Both the position numbers and the translations under genes were made by a program. From IMG/VR virus record IMGVR_UViG_2579778871_000002: 63,419 bases of DNA; one strand, 5' to 3'. Shown here piece after piece: positions 10,663 to 19,195 of this stretch (the first letter of the stretch is position 1; every line of letters begins with the position of its first letter). Source of the DNA: a virus. Lineage: Duplodnaviria > Heunggongvirae > Uroviricota > Caudoviricetes. The notes below the pieces were generated by a model, which did not search any database, was not told the origin of the DNA, and saw only the letters and a program-made list of their open reading frames with translations.

Positions 10663-11337
10663 TCACCATTCATAGGGTAAATTAAGCGCTTTTAAACCTT
10701 GCTGGAAAGTATTAAGAGAGCCGTTTTTTTGTTGTTCCATTTTTTCGCGTGCAGCTTTCTCATACTGCTCCATCCGTTGGTTATACTCTTGCAATTCCTC
10801 CGGGGAGAGGTTTCCCATTGGGGAGTTTGTACCCGGCCCCCTGGCCCGTTCTTCAAGCGTACCCTGAACGTTTTGATGGCGCATTCCCGGGGCGTTTCTG
10901 ATTGAATCAATGCCATTTCTTCCAACGTCTTCTTTATTAACGGCATTGCTCGCCACCAGTACGCCCCAGCTAGGGATAGCAAAATCAGGAGCGGTTTCGC
11001 ATGCCTTTACCATATAATCGAAAGAGCTTCGATTGATCTCGTTTGCGTCGGGATTTAATAGGCGAGAATATTGATATTTAGCATTTTCGTTGGTTGCGAC
11101 TTTATACAGTTCTTGCTGCACCATCGCTTCAGAAAGTTTAAGGCGTTTCATATCTGATAGTAACTTCTTGCGCATGGATTCGTCTTGACTGACAGCAAAA
11201 CCGTAAACGTGCCCAAGGTATTTCGTATAATCGGTACAAATCTCCTTTACGCTTGATGCTGCATTAACAGTCCCAGCCATAAATAATAACGGTAGTAATA
11301 GTTTTCTCATTATAACCTCACCTGCCTTATAACTCAT
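10663..11337 (-). CDS. simC: superinfection-exclusion-like periplasmic protein (SimC-like); likely true start at 11310 (MRKLLLPLLF..., SD GGTGAGG)
   Basis: Signal peptide MRKLLLPLLFMAGTVNAASS; about 25 kDa; sits between tail operon and immI as recalled for P1 sim; shares motif with Sit. Confidence 0.5.
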   Translation of the reverse strand: MSYKAGEVIMRKLLLPLLFMAGTVNAASSVKEICTDYTKYLGHVYGFAVSQDESMRKKLLSDMKRLKLSEAMVQQELYKVATNENAKYQYSRLLNPDANEINRSSFDYMVKACETAPDFAIPSWGVLVASNAVNKEDVGRNGIDSIRNAPGMRHQNVQGTLEERARGPGTNSPMGNLSPEELQEYNQRMEQYEKAAREKMEQQKNGSLNTFQQGLKALNLPYEW

Positions 11338-11406
11338 TTAGGGTACATATTTTCGCCTTTAAAAAAAAGAGGTTATTAGATCCAATTGTGTATTTATTAA
11401 GCATAT

Positions 11407-11423
11407 AATGCTCTAATAAATTT
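11407..11423 (+). promoter_or_regulatory. C1 repressor operator (immI promoter region, Op51-like)
   Basis: AATGCTCTAATAAATTT, 16/17 to recurring 17-mer ATTGCTCTAATAAATTT. Confidence 0.7.
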
Positions 11424-11469
11424 GTATTTTTAAGTCGCGAATGCTATCTTTTCGCATCATATTGACCTT

Positions 11470-11560
11470 TTAATCGTTCAGGCTTATAGTTCCGCCGTCG
11501 TAGCAAATTCTGCGACCGGGTTTAGCAGCCTGAATGATTGTGCGGACAGCCGCAGATATC
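11470..11560 (+). ncRNA. c4: c4-like antisense immunity RNA (approximate bounds)
   Basis: Noncoding stretch between operator and icd; GGTTTAGCAG (about 11519-11528) is complementary to CTGCTAACC (11661-11669) and resembles TTTAGCAGCGGGTAGCAG further downstream, matching the recalled c4 a'/b' to a2/b2 pairing mechanism. Confidence 0.3.
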
Positions 11561-11737
11561 CGATATTGCGGTATTTTTGTGTCCGTAAAACCGCGTTACG
11601 CCCAAATTATGGTGGGGCGTGATGGGGAGGCTTCGGCCTGCTGGTTTCACAATCGCCAGTCTGCTAACCCCGTCACGTCCTGCCACCTGTTTAGCAGCGG
11701 GTAGCAGGTTGTTAAACCTGATTGTGAGGCCGTAACT

Positions 11738-11959
11738 ATGGTTAATGCCAATCCTTGCGCACGCCAAGAATTCATCTGGCGTTTCTATTCCTGTAAAAAA
11801 CACCACTATCACTTCGTTATCGCAGCAACAGAAGACGAAGCACGCTCTCAATTGCCTGATGGCCCCTGCATTTTTACTGCCCGTTTTTCAACTAACTCGC
11901 GCAATTCACTTAGTTACTGGAACCTCCCCTTCTCTGCCGACGTTCAGGGGGGTTTATGA
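11738..11959 (+). CDS. icd: Icd-like small protein (cell-division interference), stop overlaps ant start (ATGA)
   Basis: 73-aa ORF immediately upstream of and translationally coupled to ant. Confidence 0.45.
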   Translation: MVNANPCARQEFIWRFYSCKKHHYHFVIAATEDEARSQLPDGPCIFTARFSTNSRNSLSYWNLPFSADVQGGL

Positions 11960-12993
11960 AAAAACCTCTCGTCACCCGTAATGACATAGCCGAAGCGATC
12001 GCCCTGCATACTGCCTGTATGCCGACACGGGAGATCCCCGGCGCAATTGCCAACTATTTCATGATAACCAGACGTTTTTATACCCGAACAGATAAGGCTG
12101 TGATCAACAAGCTACTGATAGCCGAGATCAGGGATTATTTGATTGAACAAGGACGTCTACGTTACGCAACAGTGGCAGCAGAAATGAGAAAGGAGGCACA
12201 TAGAATGACCGGTAATAATTTAAATGTTGAAAAACCAGCGCCTGTTGCTTCAGCTACGCCAGCACCAGCCGTGAATATCATCCCCAACACCGGAGACACA
12301 ATCGACAGCCTGACACTGTTAAAGATGGTCAATGAAGCGCGTAAGTTATGTGGGGAACCAGAGGTTCGGAACAACAAATTCATCGAAAAAATACTCGATG
12401 AGCTTGATGGTGAGCACTACACAAAAAGTGTAGTGGAAAAAATGAACAAAACATCAATGCTTGTCATAACCATGACTTTCAAACAAGCCCTGCGAGTCGC
12501 CGCGCGCGAGTCAAAAGCGGTCCGCCGTTCGCTGATCGACAAACTGGAAGAATTACAGCAGGCAAACTCCCCTACCCCATCGATCCCCCAGACATTACCA
12601 GAAGCCCTACGCCTGGCTGCCGAGTTAGCAGAACAGAAAATGCAGTTGGAACAACAGCTGGTGGCCGCAGCCCCTAAAGTCGATTTTGCCGACCGGGTAT
12701 CAGTGGCCAATGGAATCCTGATCGGGAACTTTGCAAAGGTCGTTGGACTTAAGCAAAACGCCCTTTTCTCATGGTTGCGCCAGAACGGCATTCTCATGGC
12801 TTTTGGAGCGCGCAAAAACGTACCGCGCCAACAGTACATCAACGCCGGGTATTTCACGGTGAAAGAAGTGGTGCTGGATGATGAAAATGGCTACCAGATA
12901 CGGCTGACGCCCCAATTAACGGGTAAAGGCCAGCAGTGGTTAACTCGCAAGCTACTTGATGCTGGTTTGTTAAAACCAGTAGCAATAGGTTAA
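11956..12993 (+). CDS. ant1: antirepressor Ant (KilA-C/ANT C-terminal domain)
   Basis: 345 aa; C-terminal 135 aa about 65 percent identical to C-terminus of the downstream KilA-like protein. Confidence 0.7.
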   Translation: MKKPLVTRNDIAEAIALHTACMPTREIPGAIANYFMITRRFYTRTDKAVINKLLIAEIRDYLIEQGRLRYATVAAEMRKEAHRMTGNNLNVEKPAPVASATPAPAVNIIPNTGDTIDSLTLLKMVNEARKLCGEPEVRNNKFIEKILDELDGEHYTKSVVEKMNKTSMLVITMTFKQALRVAARESKAVRRSLIDKLEELQQANSPTPSIPQTLPEALRLAAELAEQKMQLEQQLVAAAPKVDFADRVSVANGILIGNFAKVVGLKQNALFSWLRQNGILMAFGARKNVPRQQYINAGYFTVKEVVLDDENGYQIRLTPQLTGKGQQWLTRKLLDAGLLKPVAIG

Positions 12994-13006
12994 CAAAAGA
13001 AAAAAA

Positions 13007-13030
13007 CCTGCCAGCAAACTGGCAGGTTTC
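13007..13030 (+). terminator. rho-independent terminator after ant
   Basis: CCTGCCAG-CAAA-CTGGCAGG perfect hairpin followed by TTT. Confidence 0.6.
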
Positions 13031-13071
13031 TGAGCAGATCGACCAACCCGATCTGGATCGAGTTAGAAAAA

Positions 13072-13088
13072 TTTGCTCTAATAAATTT
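13072..13088 (+). promoter_or_regulatory. C1 operator upstream of kilA-repL (Op53-like)
   Basis: TTTGCTCTAATAAATTT 16/17 match; three GATC sites just upstream. Confidence 0.7.
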
Positions 13089-13157
13089 CGTTTTCTAAGT
13101 GCAAAGAATCACCATTTCGAGCTGGTGATTGAAGGTTGATGCAAATTTGGAGAAAAA

Positions 13158-13958
13158 ATGCAACAAACATTCAATGCGGATATGAATATATCAAACCTTC
13201 ATCAAAATGTCGATCCTTCAACCACTCTGCCTGTTATTTGTGGTGTTGAAATTACGACCGACCGCGCTGGCCGTTACAACCTTAATGCTCTACACAGAGC
13301 GAGCGGACTCGGTGCCCATAAAGCGCCAGCTCAATGGCTAAGAACGCTGTCAGCCAAACAGCTCATCGAAGAGCTTGAAAAAGAAACTATGCAGAATTGC
13401 ATAGTTTCGTTCGAAGGCCGTGGCGGCGGCACTTTTGCCCATGAATTGCTCGCTGTGGAGTACGCAGGCTGGATTTCTCCCGCGTTTCGGCTGAAGGTAA
13501 ACCAGACATTTATCGACTATCGAGCCGGAAGATTACAACCTGCTATTCCGCAGAGTCTCCCTGAAGCTCTCCGTTTGGCTGCCGACCTGGCAGAGCAAAA
13601 GCAACGGCTGGAGCAAAAAATGCTTATGGATGCACCTAAAGTCGAATTCGCCGAACGCGTTGCTACCGCCAGCGGGGTTCTAATCGGCAACTATGCCAAA
13701 GTGCTCGGCCTGGGCCAAAACTATCTCTTCACCTGGTTGCGTGATAACGGAATTCTGATCGCAACCGGTGAACGCAGGAACGTCCCCAAACAAGAATACA
13801 TATCCCGTGGGTACTTCACCCTCAAAGAAACCGTGATCGATACAAGCAACGGAAGCAGGATTTCTTTCACGACTCGTATAACCGGCAAAGGTCAGCAGTG
13901 GCTGATGAAGCGATTGCTTGATGCTGGTGTGCTGGTACCTGTCGCGGCTACGCGCTAA
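13158..13958 (+). CDS. kilA: KilA (KilA-N domain plus ANT-like C-terminal domain)
   Basis: 266 aa; KilA-N-like N-terminus; position upstream of repL. Confidence 0.7.
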   Translation: MQQTFNADMNISNLHQNVDPSTTLPVICGVEITTDRAGRYNLNALHRASGLGAHKAPAQWLRTLSAKQLIEELEKETMQNCIVSFEGRGGGTFAHELLAVEYAGWISPAFRLKVNQTFIDYRAGRLQPAIPQSLPEALRLAADLAEQKQRLEQKMLMDAPKVEFAERVATASGVLIGNYAKVLGLGQNYLFTWLRDNGILIATGERRNVPKQEYISRGYFTLKETVIDTSNGSRISFTTRITGKGQQWLMKRLLDAGVLVPVAATR

Positions 13959-13987
13959 CAGACGTAGTAAGAACCACCAGCATTGTA

Positions 13988-14833
13988 ATGCTGGCTAAAG
14001 TCACTTTCCTGAGCTGTATAACGATGAGCGATTTTACTTTTTCTGGCTATGAATTGGCCTGCTTTGTAACACACTCCGGTCTATCCCGTAGCGCCGGGCA
14101 TATCCTGTCGCAATGTGCAAATCTAGCGGCAACAACCAGTGAATACTTCATTCACAAGCCTCACCGCCTGATCGCGGCAGAAACTGGTTATAGCCAATCA
14201 ACCGTCGTTCGTGCATTCCGTGAAGCTGTAAACAAAGGAATTCTGTCTGTAGAGATTGTTATCGGCGATCACCGTGAACGTCGCGCTAACCTGTACCGGT
14301 TTACACCATCCTTTTTGGCCTTCGCACAACAAGCCAAAAATGCGCTGATTGAAAGCAAATTAAAGATCTCTTCAGCGGCAACCAAGGTTAAAGCTGTTCT
14401 CGCTAAGACATTGGCTTTATTTAATTTTTTATCCACACCCCCATGTCAAAATGATACCCCCTCCCCCTGTCAGGATGACGTGGCAATAAAGAATAAGAAG
14501 TCACAAGTTAAAAAAACAAAAAGATCAGTTTCCGGCGGTGCCGGAACGACCAGACTCAAAAAATTGACTTCATGGATCGCTGAGGCAAAAGCAAAGGCTG
14601 ACAATCTGCGGTTATCCAAAAAACGCGCTCAAAAACATGAGTTCAAGCAGAAAGTAGAGGCGGCAGCGCGGAAATATGCTTACCTGAAGAACAAGCGTTC
14701 TCCTGATATTGGCGGGGTATCAAACTTCGATAATCTGCCGCATTGCATGACGGTAAACGAAGCTCTTAATGCGGTTTTAGCCAAAAATAAAGATAACGAA
14801 CAATGGGGTATACCGGCAGGATTCAGAGGGTGA
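13988..14833 (+). CDS. repL: lytic replicon initiator RepL (oriL expected inside)
   Basis: 281 aa; HTH-like segment LIAAETGYSQSTVVRAFREAVNKGIL; size and position match recalled P1 RepL. Confidence 0.65.
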   Translation: MLAKVTFLSCITMSDFTFSGYELACFVTHSGLSRSAGHILSQCANLAATTSEYFIHKPHRLIAAETGYSQSTVVRAFREAVNKGILSVEIVIGDHRERRANLYRFTPSFLAFAQQAKNALIESKLKISSAATKVKAVLAKTLALFNFLSTPPCQNDTPSPCQDDVAIKNKKSQVKKTKRSVSGGAGTTRLKKLTSWIAEAKAKADNLRLSKKRAQKHEFKQKVEAAARKYAYLKNKRSPDIGGVSNFDNLPHCMTVNEALNAVLAKNKDNEQWGIPAGFRG

Positions 14834-14883
14834 TAGATTGCTCTAATCTGGAGTCACCTGGCGTTTTCAGTTTGAGGTCGGAG

Positions 14884-15129
14884 ATGCAATCTGATTTTTT
14901 ACAGTTAGCGATCGCTTTTGCAGGATATGTTTGTATTGGCTTCTGTGTATACATGATCAGCCGAAAAATGCTTGTCGATATCGACCGCAAAGAACGAGCA
15001 GAGGAGATCTTAGTATGGATTTTCTTTGGCGCGGTCTGGCCATTAGGGATCATGTTTGCTGCAACATTTCTTCTGATGTGGATATTCACCCTTCCAGGTG
15101 ATTTCTATAGAAAAAAAGCCAGACATTGA
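14884..15129 (+). CDS. small membrane protein (track ORF 14803..15129; start chosen at SD-preceded ATG)
   Basis: Two predicted TM helices (LAIAFAGYVCIGFCVYMI, ILVWIFFGAVWPLGIMFAATFLLMWIF). Confidence 0.4.
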   Translation: MQSDFLQLAIAFAGYVCIGFCVYMISRKMLVDIDRKERAEEILVWIFFGAVWPLGIMFAATFLLMWIFTLPGDFYRKKARH

Positions 15130-15252
15130 TACAATCGTTGCGGGTGCTTGAGGCTATCTGCTTCAGGCATTACCCGAAAAGCAGATAGAAGAAAGCCCCA
15201 GATAACATTACGCGTCCTGCAAGACGCTTAACATTAATCTGAGGCCATATCT

Positions 15253-15459
15253 ATGCTTAGCATACGTAGATTAGCCTCTTACCGACCAAAAGGTCAAGGA
15301 GAAGCAGGCTATGAAGCAGCAAAAAGCGATGTTAATCGCTCTGATCGTCATCTGTTTAACCGTCATTGTGACGGCACTGGTAACGAGGAAAGACCTCTGC
15401 GAGGTACGAATCCGAACCGGCCAGACGGAGGTCACTGTCTTCACAGCCTACGAATCTGA
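15253..15459 (+). CDS. mok: Mok-like overlapping reading frame of hok locus
   Basis: 68-aa ORF in a different frame overlapping almost all of hok, as in hok/sok loci. Confidence 0.4.
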   Translation: MLSIRRLASYRPKGQGEAGYEAAKSDVNRSDRHLFNRHCDGTGNEERPLRGTNPNRPDGGHCLHSLRI

Positions 15460-15466
15460 AAGGTAA
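15311..15466 (+). CDS. hok: Hok/Gef family type I toxin
   Basis: 51 aa MKQQKAMLIALIVICLTVIVTALVTRKDLCEVRIRTGQTEVTVFTAYESER; matches recalled Hok (…[28 protein letters not shown]). Confidence 0.8.
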   Translation: MKQQKAMLIALIVICLTVIVTALVTRKDLCEVRIRTGQTEVTVFTAYESER

Positions 15467-15540
15467 GAGACCTGGCGGGGAGAGATCCCCGCCACTCTTC
15501 GTGTGTCAGGTATCCTCAATGCACCCTTTCCTCTCCAAAT

Positions 15541-15566
15541 AAAAAAGCTCCCGAAGGAGCTTTAAA
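15541..15566. terminator. bidirectional terminator between hok and convergent structural operon
   Basis: AAAAAA-GCTCC-CGAA-GGAGC-TTTAAAA. Confidence 0.6.
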
Positions 15567-15582
15567 ATACAAGGGATGACTC

Positions 15583-16092
15583 TTAATCCCACTCAATCCA
15601 GTTGTAGACGATACGAAGTGACGGGCGCACAGCGGCAGTCACATCTTCGGTACTAAAGTCGATTGCATCACTGTAGATTTTGCAGTCCAACATTTCAATT
15701 GTTGTAGCAGCTTTAGTCACAGCGTTAACCCCGGAAGATTTGGATTCAGGGGTCGCAGCCATCGTGATATCAACATAGTCCTTCGCCGCAATGCGATCTT
15801 TAATGAACTGAAGAATATCGCCTTCGATAGTCTCCACGCACTGGACCTGGATTTCCCCAGAGTTTCGAATTGGACCGTGCTGGTTGAACTTCACACCATT
15901 CGGACCATAGTCCTCCACATCCTCGCGGGTCATTTCAGGAATTTGCGACGTGCGAACCAGTACGCTGATATCTTCATGGCCTGCAAAAGTGAGCTGGAAT
16001 TCAGAAGATACCAGTCGTTCGCCTTTGGCCGCGTTGGCAGTATAGCGGCCCTTAATAAATTTACGGTTTCCCTTAGTGTTATTGTGCCCCAT
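15583..16092 (-). CDS. tail structural protein
   Basis: 169-aa ORF, last gene of minus-strand operon. Confidence 0.4.
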   Translation of the reverse strand: MGHNNTKGNRKFIKGRYTANAAKGERLVSSEFQLTFAGHEDISVLVRTSQIPEMTREDVEDYGPNGVKFNQHGPIRNSGEIQVQCVETIEGDILQFIKDRIAAKDYVDITMAATPESKSSGVNAVTKAATTIEMLDCKIYSDAIDFSTEDVTAAVRPSLRIVYNWIEWD

Positions 16093-16103
16093 ATAAAATC
16101 CTT

Positions 16104-16685
16104 TTACTGGAACGCCCGAACAATATCGGAGCTGTTATATATCGAAGAACCGGTCAACTGGAGGTTGACGGTGTTTTTCAGGAAATGCCCATTGCTGTCC
16201 CTGGGCGCATCGAGATCGAAACTTATGTCCTGGATAGCGACATCAATGATGTTGATCCGGCGACCAATGTTTAGCGTCACACGCTCCGGGATTCGACCAC
16301 CAATACTGGCATCTTTAAGTTCCGGGCTAATCATCGCTGACAATGCGGCGATAGCTCCTGAAACCTCCGTGAATGGGTCAAACAAAGCGATGAAAGTTAC
16401 TGGCAGCGTGAAAGTCGGCGGTGTTCCCCCCTCCCAAACCATTAAGCTGTTCCAACGGGCCACCGACGTTGTTTCAGTACCAACCTGCGCAAAACCACTG
16501 AAAGCACCAGCAACAGACCCCATGGACATACCGGTAAACGGCGCTTCCCAATTCTGGGCCATGTTCATTGCTGCCCCCTGGCTGATATATCCGGTAACCT
16601 GGTACTGAGAGTTCGTTAAAGTAACTTTCAGAAATGGCGATACACCGTCAGCCTGGCTGTAAACCCCATAAGGTATAGGTGCCAT
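16104..16685 (-). CDS. tail tube protein candidate
   Basis: 193 aa, directly downstream of sheath-like and 271-aa genes. Confidence 0.4.
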   Translation of the reverse strand: MAPIPYGVYSQADGVSPFLKVTLTNSQYQVTGYISQGAAMNMAQNWEAPFTGMSMGSVAGAFSGFAQVGTETTSVARWNSLMVWEGGTPPTFTLPVTFIALFDPFTEVSGAIAALSAMISPELKDASIGGRIPERVTLNIGRRINIIDVAIQDISFDLDAPRDSNGHFLKNTVNLQLTGSSIYNSSDIVRAFQ

Positions 16686-16720
16686 TCAAGTTAAAGGCCG
16701 GAGTTCTCCGGCCCCCTCCT

Positions 16721-17536
16721 TTAGCCAAGGCGCTTACGGCGCAGTTTCATTGACTTTTTGCGGGCAAGTTTTGCCGCGCCGGTCTGGGCTTTTCGACGCG
16801 CTTTTTTCAGCGCCGATTTTTGAGCCGCAGTCAGACGTTTTTTACGCAGGCGTTTACGGATGAGTTTGATCTCACCGTTACGAACAACCTTCTTAAATGC
16901 TTCAGTCAGCATTTCATCAGAAGTGCCAGCAACAACAAACGCCGCTTCCAGTTCGTCACGGTCGTCGCTATCTAAACCAGCGATAGAGGCACCAACATCA
17001 GCAGCTGCGTCGTCGTCTTCATCGTCAGCCAGTGCTTCGATCAGGTCATCATCTACACCGCATGCTGCGAGGAAGTCAGCAACATTTGCCCATGCTTCGT
17101 TATAGGCATCGTCCTGTTCTTCTGTAACTTCGGAGTCGTCGTCATCAGAGATACCAGCGATAGCCTGAACGAAACCATCAAGGGAGTCGAAAGTCAGATC
17201 ACCGCTATCAGCCCAGGCGAAAACGGCGTCGGCCGCATCACTCAACGCATTCTGCATAGCACTTCGATTTGCAGCTTCCAGAATCATCTGGTGCGCCTGT
17301 TCGACGGTCCATTCTTTACCGTCTTTCCCTTCCAGGATTTGCTCAGGAGCCGGGGCAGATGGAACGTTATCGTTAGTCTGTGCCGCCGGTTCCGAATTAT
17401 TATTAATAACCGGATCTGTTGGCGGTTCGGCGCTTGCTCGGGCAGACTCCATCAGCTGCACAGGATCAGAGTTCAAAGCGAAACGAGACAGTCCATTCCC
17501 CAAAAATGCCCCGGATTGAAAAAAGTTTTTGCTCAT
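16721..17536 (-). CDS. acidic protein with highly basic C-terminal tail
   Basis: 271 aa; Asp/Glu-rich middle, C-terminus KKRLTAAQKSALKKARRKAQTGAAKLARKKSMKLRRKRLG. Confidence 0.4.
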   Translation of the reverse strand: MSKNFFQSGAFLGNGLSRFALNSDPVQLMESARASAEPPTDPVINNNSEPAAQTNDNVPSAPAPEQILEGKDGKEWTVEQAHQMILEAANRSAMQNALSDAADAVFAWADSGDLTFDSLDGFVQAIAGISDDDDSEVTEEQDDAYNEAWANVADFLAACGVDDDLIEALADDEDDDAAADVGASIAGLDSDDRDELEAAFVVAGTSDEMLTEAFKKVVRNGEIKLIRKRLRKKRLTAAQKSALKKARRKAQTGAAKLARKKSMKLRRKRLG

Positions 17537-17545
17537 TGTATTCCC

Positions 17546-19135
17546 TTACTTAATAAGCAGCGGTACGCCCTGGATACGACGGGCTACGCCAGTCGGGCAG
17601 CAGGCCCAGACTACTTCCCATTTATCGAATTCCGCCTGCGTAACTTTCAGCACATACGGTTCTGTACCGTCAGCATCAGGATCACGAGGAGCCACCAGAG
17701 CGCCGGAGGCGACAAAGCGATCTAAAAGTTTGGTCATCCCTTTAGTCAGGCCAGCCGCAGTAATACCGTCCGGGCTATGCTTCATCTGTCGGGCTAACTG
17801 GACAAAGAAACGGCTGATTGCATTCATCAGGGATGGGACGTGCTGGAAGTGCAGATAGTTATCCTGCGTGCAGCAAGTTAAAGCATCGTCGATGATCATC
17901 TGGCCAGAGGTGCCAACAGATACTTTATTGAGACGGCCCTTGACCATTGCTTCTTCGTCCGGGGTATCTTCCGGATACAGCGGTTGAATTGACGCACGAG
18001 CAATGACGGCACGTTCTTCACCAGCAGGTGAGTAATGCCAACCGCCGACATCAGAGTTTTTCTTGACGCCACGAGCTTTCGCCGCATACGCCACGCCAGA
18101 CAGACCAAAGACCACACGGGATTGGGTCCATTTGTCTTTGCAGGAGAACGGGTAGTGATAGACAGAACAGCTTACATAATCGGTACCAAGTAAACCGGTA
18201 TCTTCAACAGCAGACAGCGCTTCCGTGTACGTCAATGTCGGTTTAACATCAAAGAAGCCATCAATCAGGCGATCAGAACAGATATTACCTAACGCAGTGA
18301 TTGCCGCATTGTCATAGCAGCCCAGGCCAAGAACAGCGGTGTACATGTACGGGGCATTGTTCAGCACTTTCACCGCACGCAGGTACGCAGCAGTTGAGAT
18401 TTTCGATTGATCACCGTTGGTACCACCGGTGAACGCCAACGATTTTTTGTTTGTTACTTTCGCTGTCGAAATCAGCTCTTCATTAACAACCGCACGCAGA
18501 TATTTAGAACGGGCTTCCAGAGCCGTAGGCAGATAACACAAGCGGCCCATGTCATCTTTCGCTTCTTCCGCCAAAGACACAGTGTGTGTCTCCAGGGTCG
18601 TTACCACACCGAGCGAAGTCGTCTGGGTCAGTTTTAAGAGGAAGCGTTCATTGCCCGCACTGTCCGCTGTTGCCGTTTCGATGGTTAACTCACGGGTAGG
18701 TGAAATACACGGATCACCATCATCAACGTAGATAGCAAAGGCTTCGCCGCTATCAAGTTCAATTTCAGAACCGTATGGCAACGCACTGTAAGCCGGTTCG
18801 CCTGATTCATCGAACATAATAATCGGGAACTTCGCATCATCCGGAACAGCACGGACAACATAACCAGACGTTTGCTGAATAGCTTCGTACACATGGCGAA
18901 TTGGTTCGAACTGTGAGCCGGAAGACGGCTTCAGCGGTTCGCCGAGAACATCTTCGTAATTGGACTCAGTAACCGCAAGAACAGTAAACGGCTTGCCACG
19001 CGCAAATACGCCAATACCAGCCCACAAGCTGCTATTTAATGCAACACCGGTAGATAACGTCGCATCGGCATTGATCGGGCTAACCGCGACGCCGGATGCA
19101 TTACCTAATGACTGTTGAATTGAATATTGAGACAT
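17546..19135 (-). CDS. tail sheath protein candidate
   Basis: 529 aa, between capsid-like gene and tube candidates. Confidence 0.45.
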   Translation of the reverse strand: MSQYSIQQSLGNASGVAVSPINADATLSTGVALNSSLWAGIGVFARGKPFTVLAVTESNYEDVLGEPLKPSSGSQFEPIRHVYEAIQQTSGYVVRAVPDDAKFPIIMFDESGEPAYSALPYGSEIELDSGEAFAIYVDDGDPCISPTRELTIETATADSAGNERFLLKLTQTTSLGVVTTLETHTVSLAEEAKDDMGRLCYLPTALEARSKYLRAVVNEELISTAKVTNKKSLAFTGGTNGDQSKISTAAYLRAVKVLNNAPYMYTAVLGLGCYDNAAITALGNICSDRLIDGFFDVKPTLTYTEALSAVEDTGLLGTDYVSCSVYHYPFSCKDKWTQSRVVFGLSGVAYAAKARGVKKNSDVGGWHYSPAGEERAVIARASIQPLYPEDTPDEEAMVKGRLNKVSVGTSGQMIIDDALTCCTQDNYLHFQHVPSLMNAISRFFVQLARQMKHSPDGITAAGLTKGMTKLLDRFVASGALVAPRDPDADGTEPYVLKVTQAEFDKWEVVWACCPTGVARRIQGVPLLIK

Positions 19136-19195
19136 AACTTTCCCTGTTATGCGCCCCGCACGGGGGCGCTATGTTAAACGGAGAACTTCCTCTGA

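Noticed and set aside
15877-16608. 243-aa plus-strand ORF
   Set aside because: Entirely antisense to two tightly packed minus-strand structural genes; translation is low complexity without recognisable motifs
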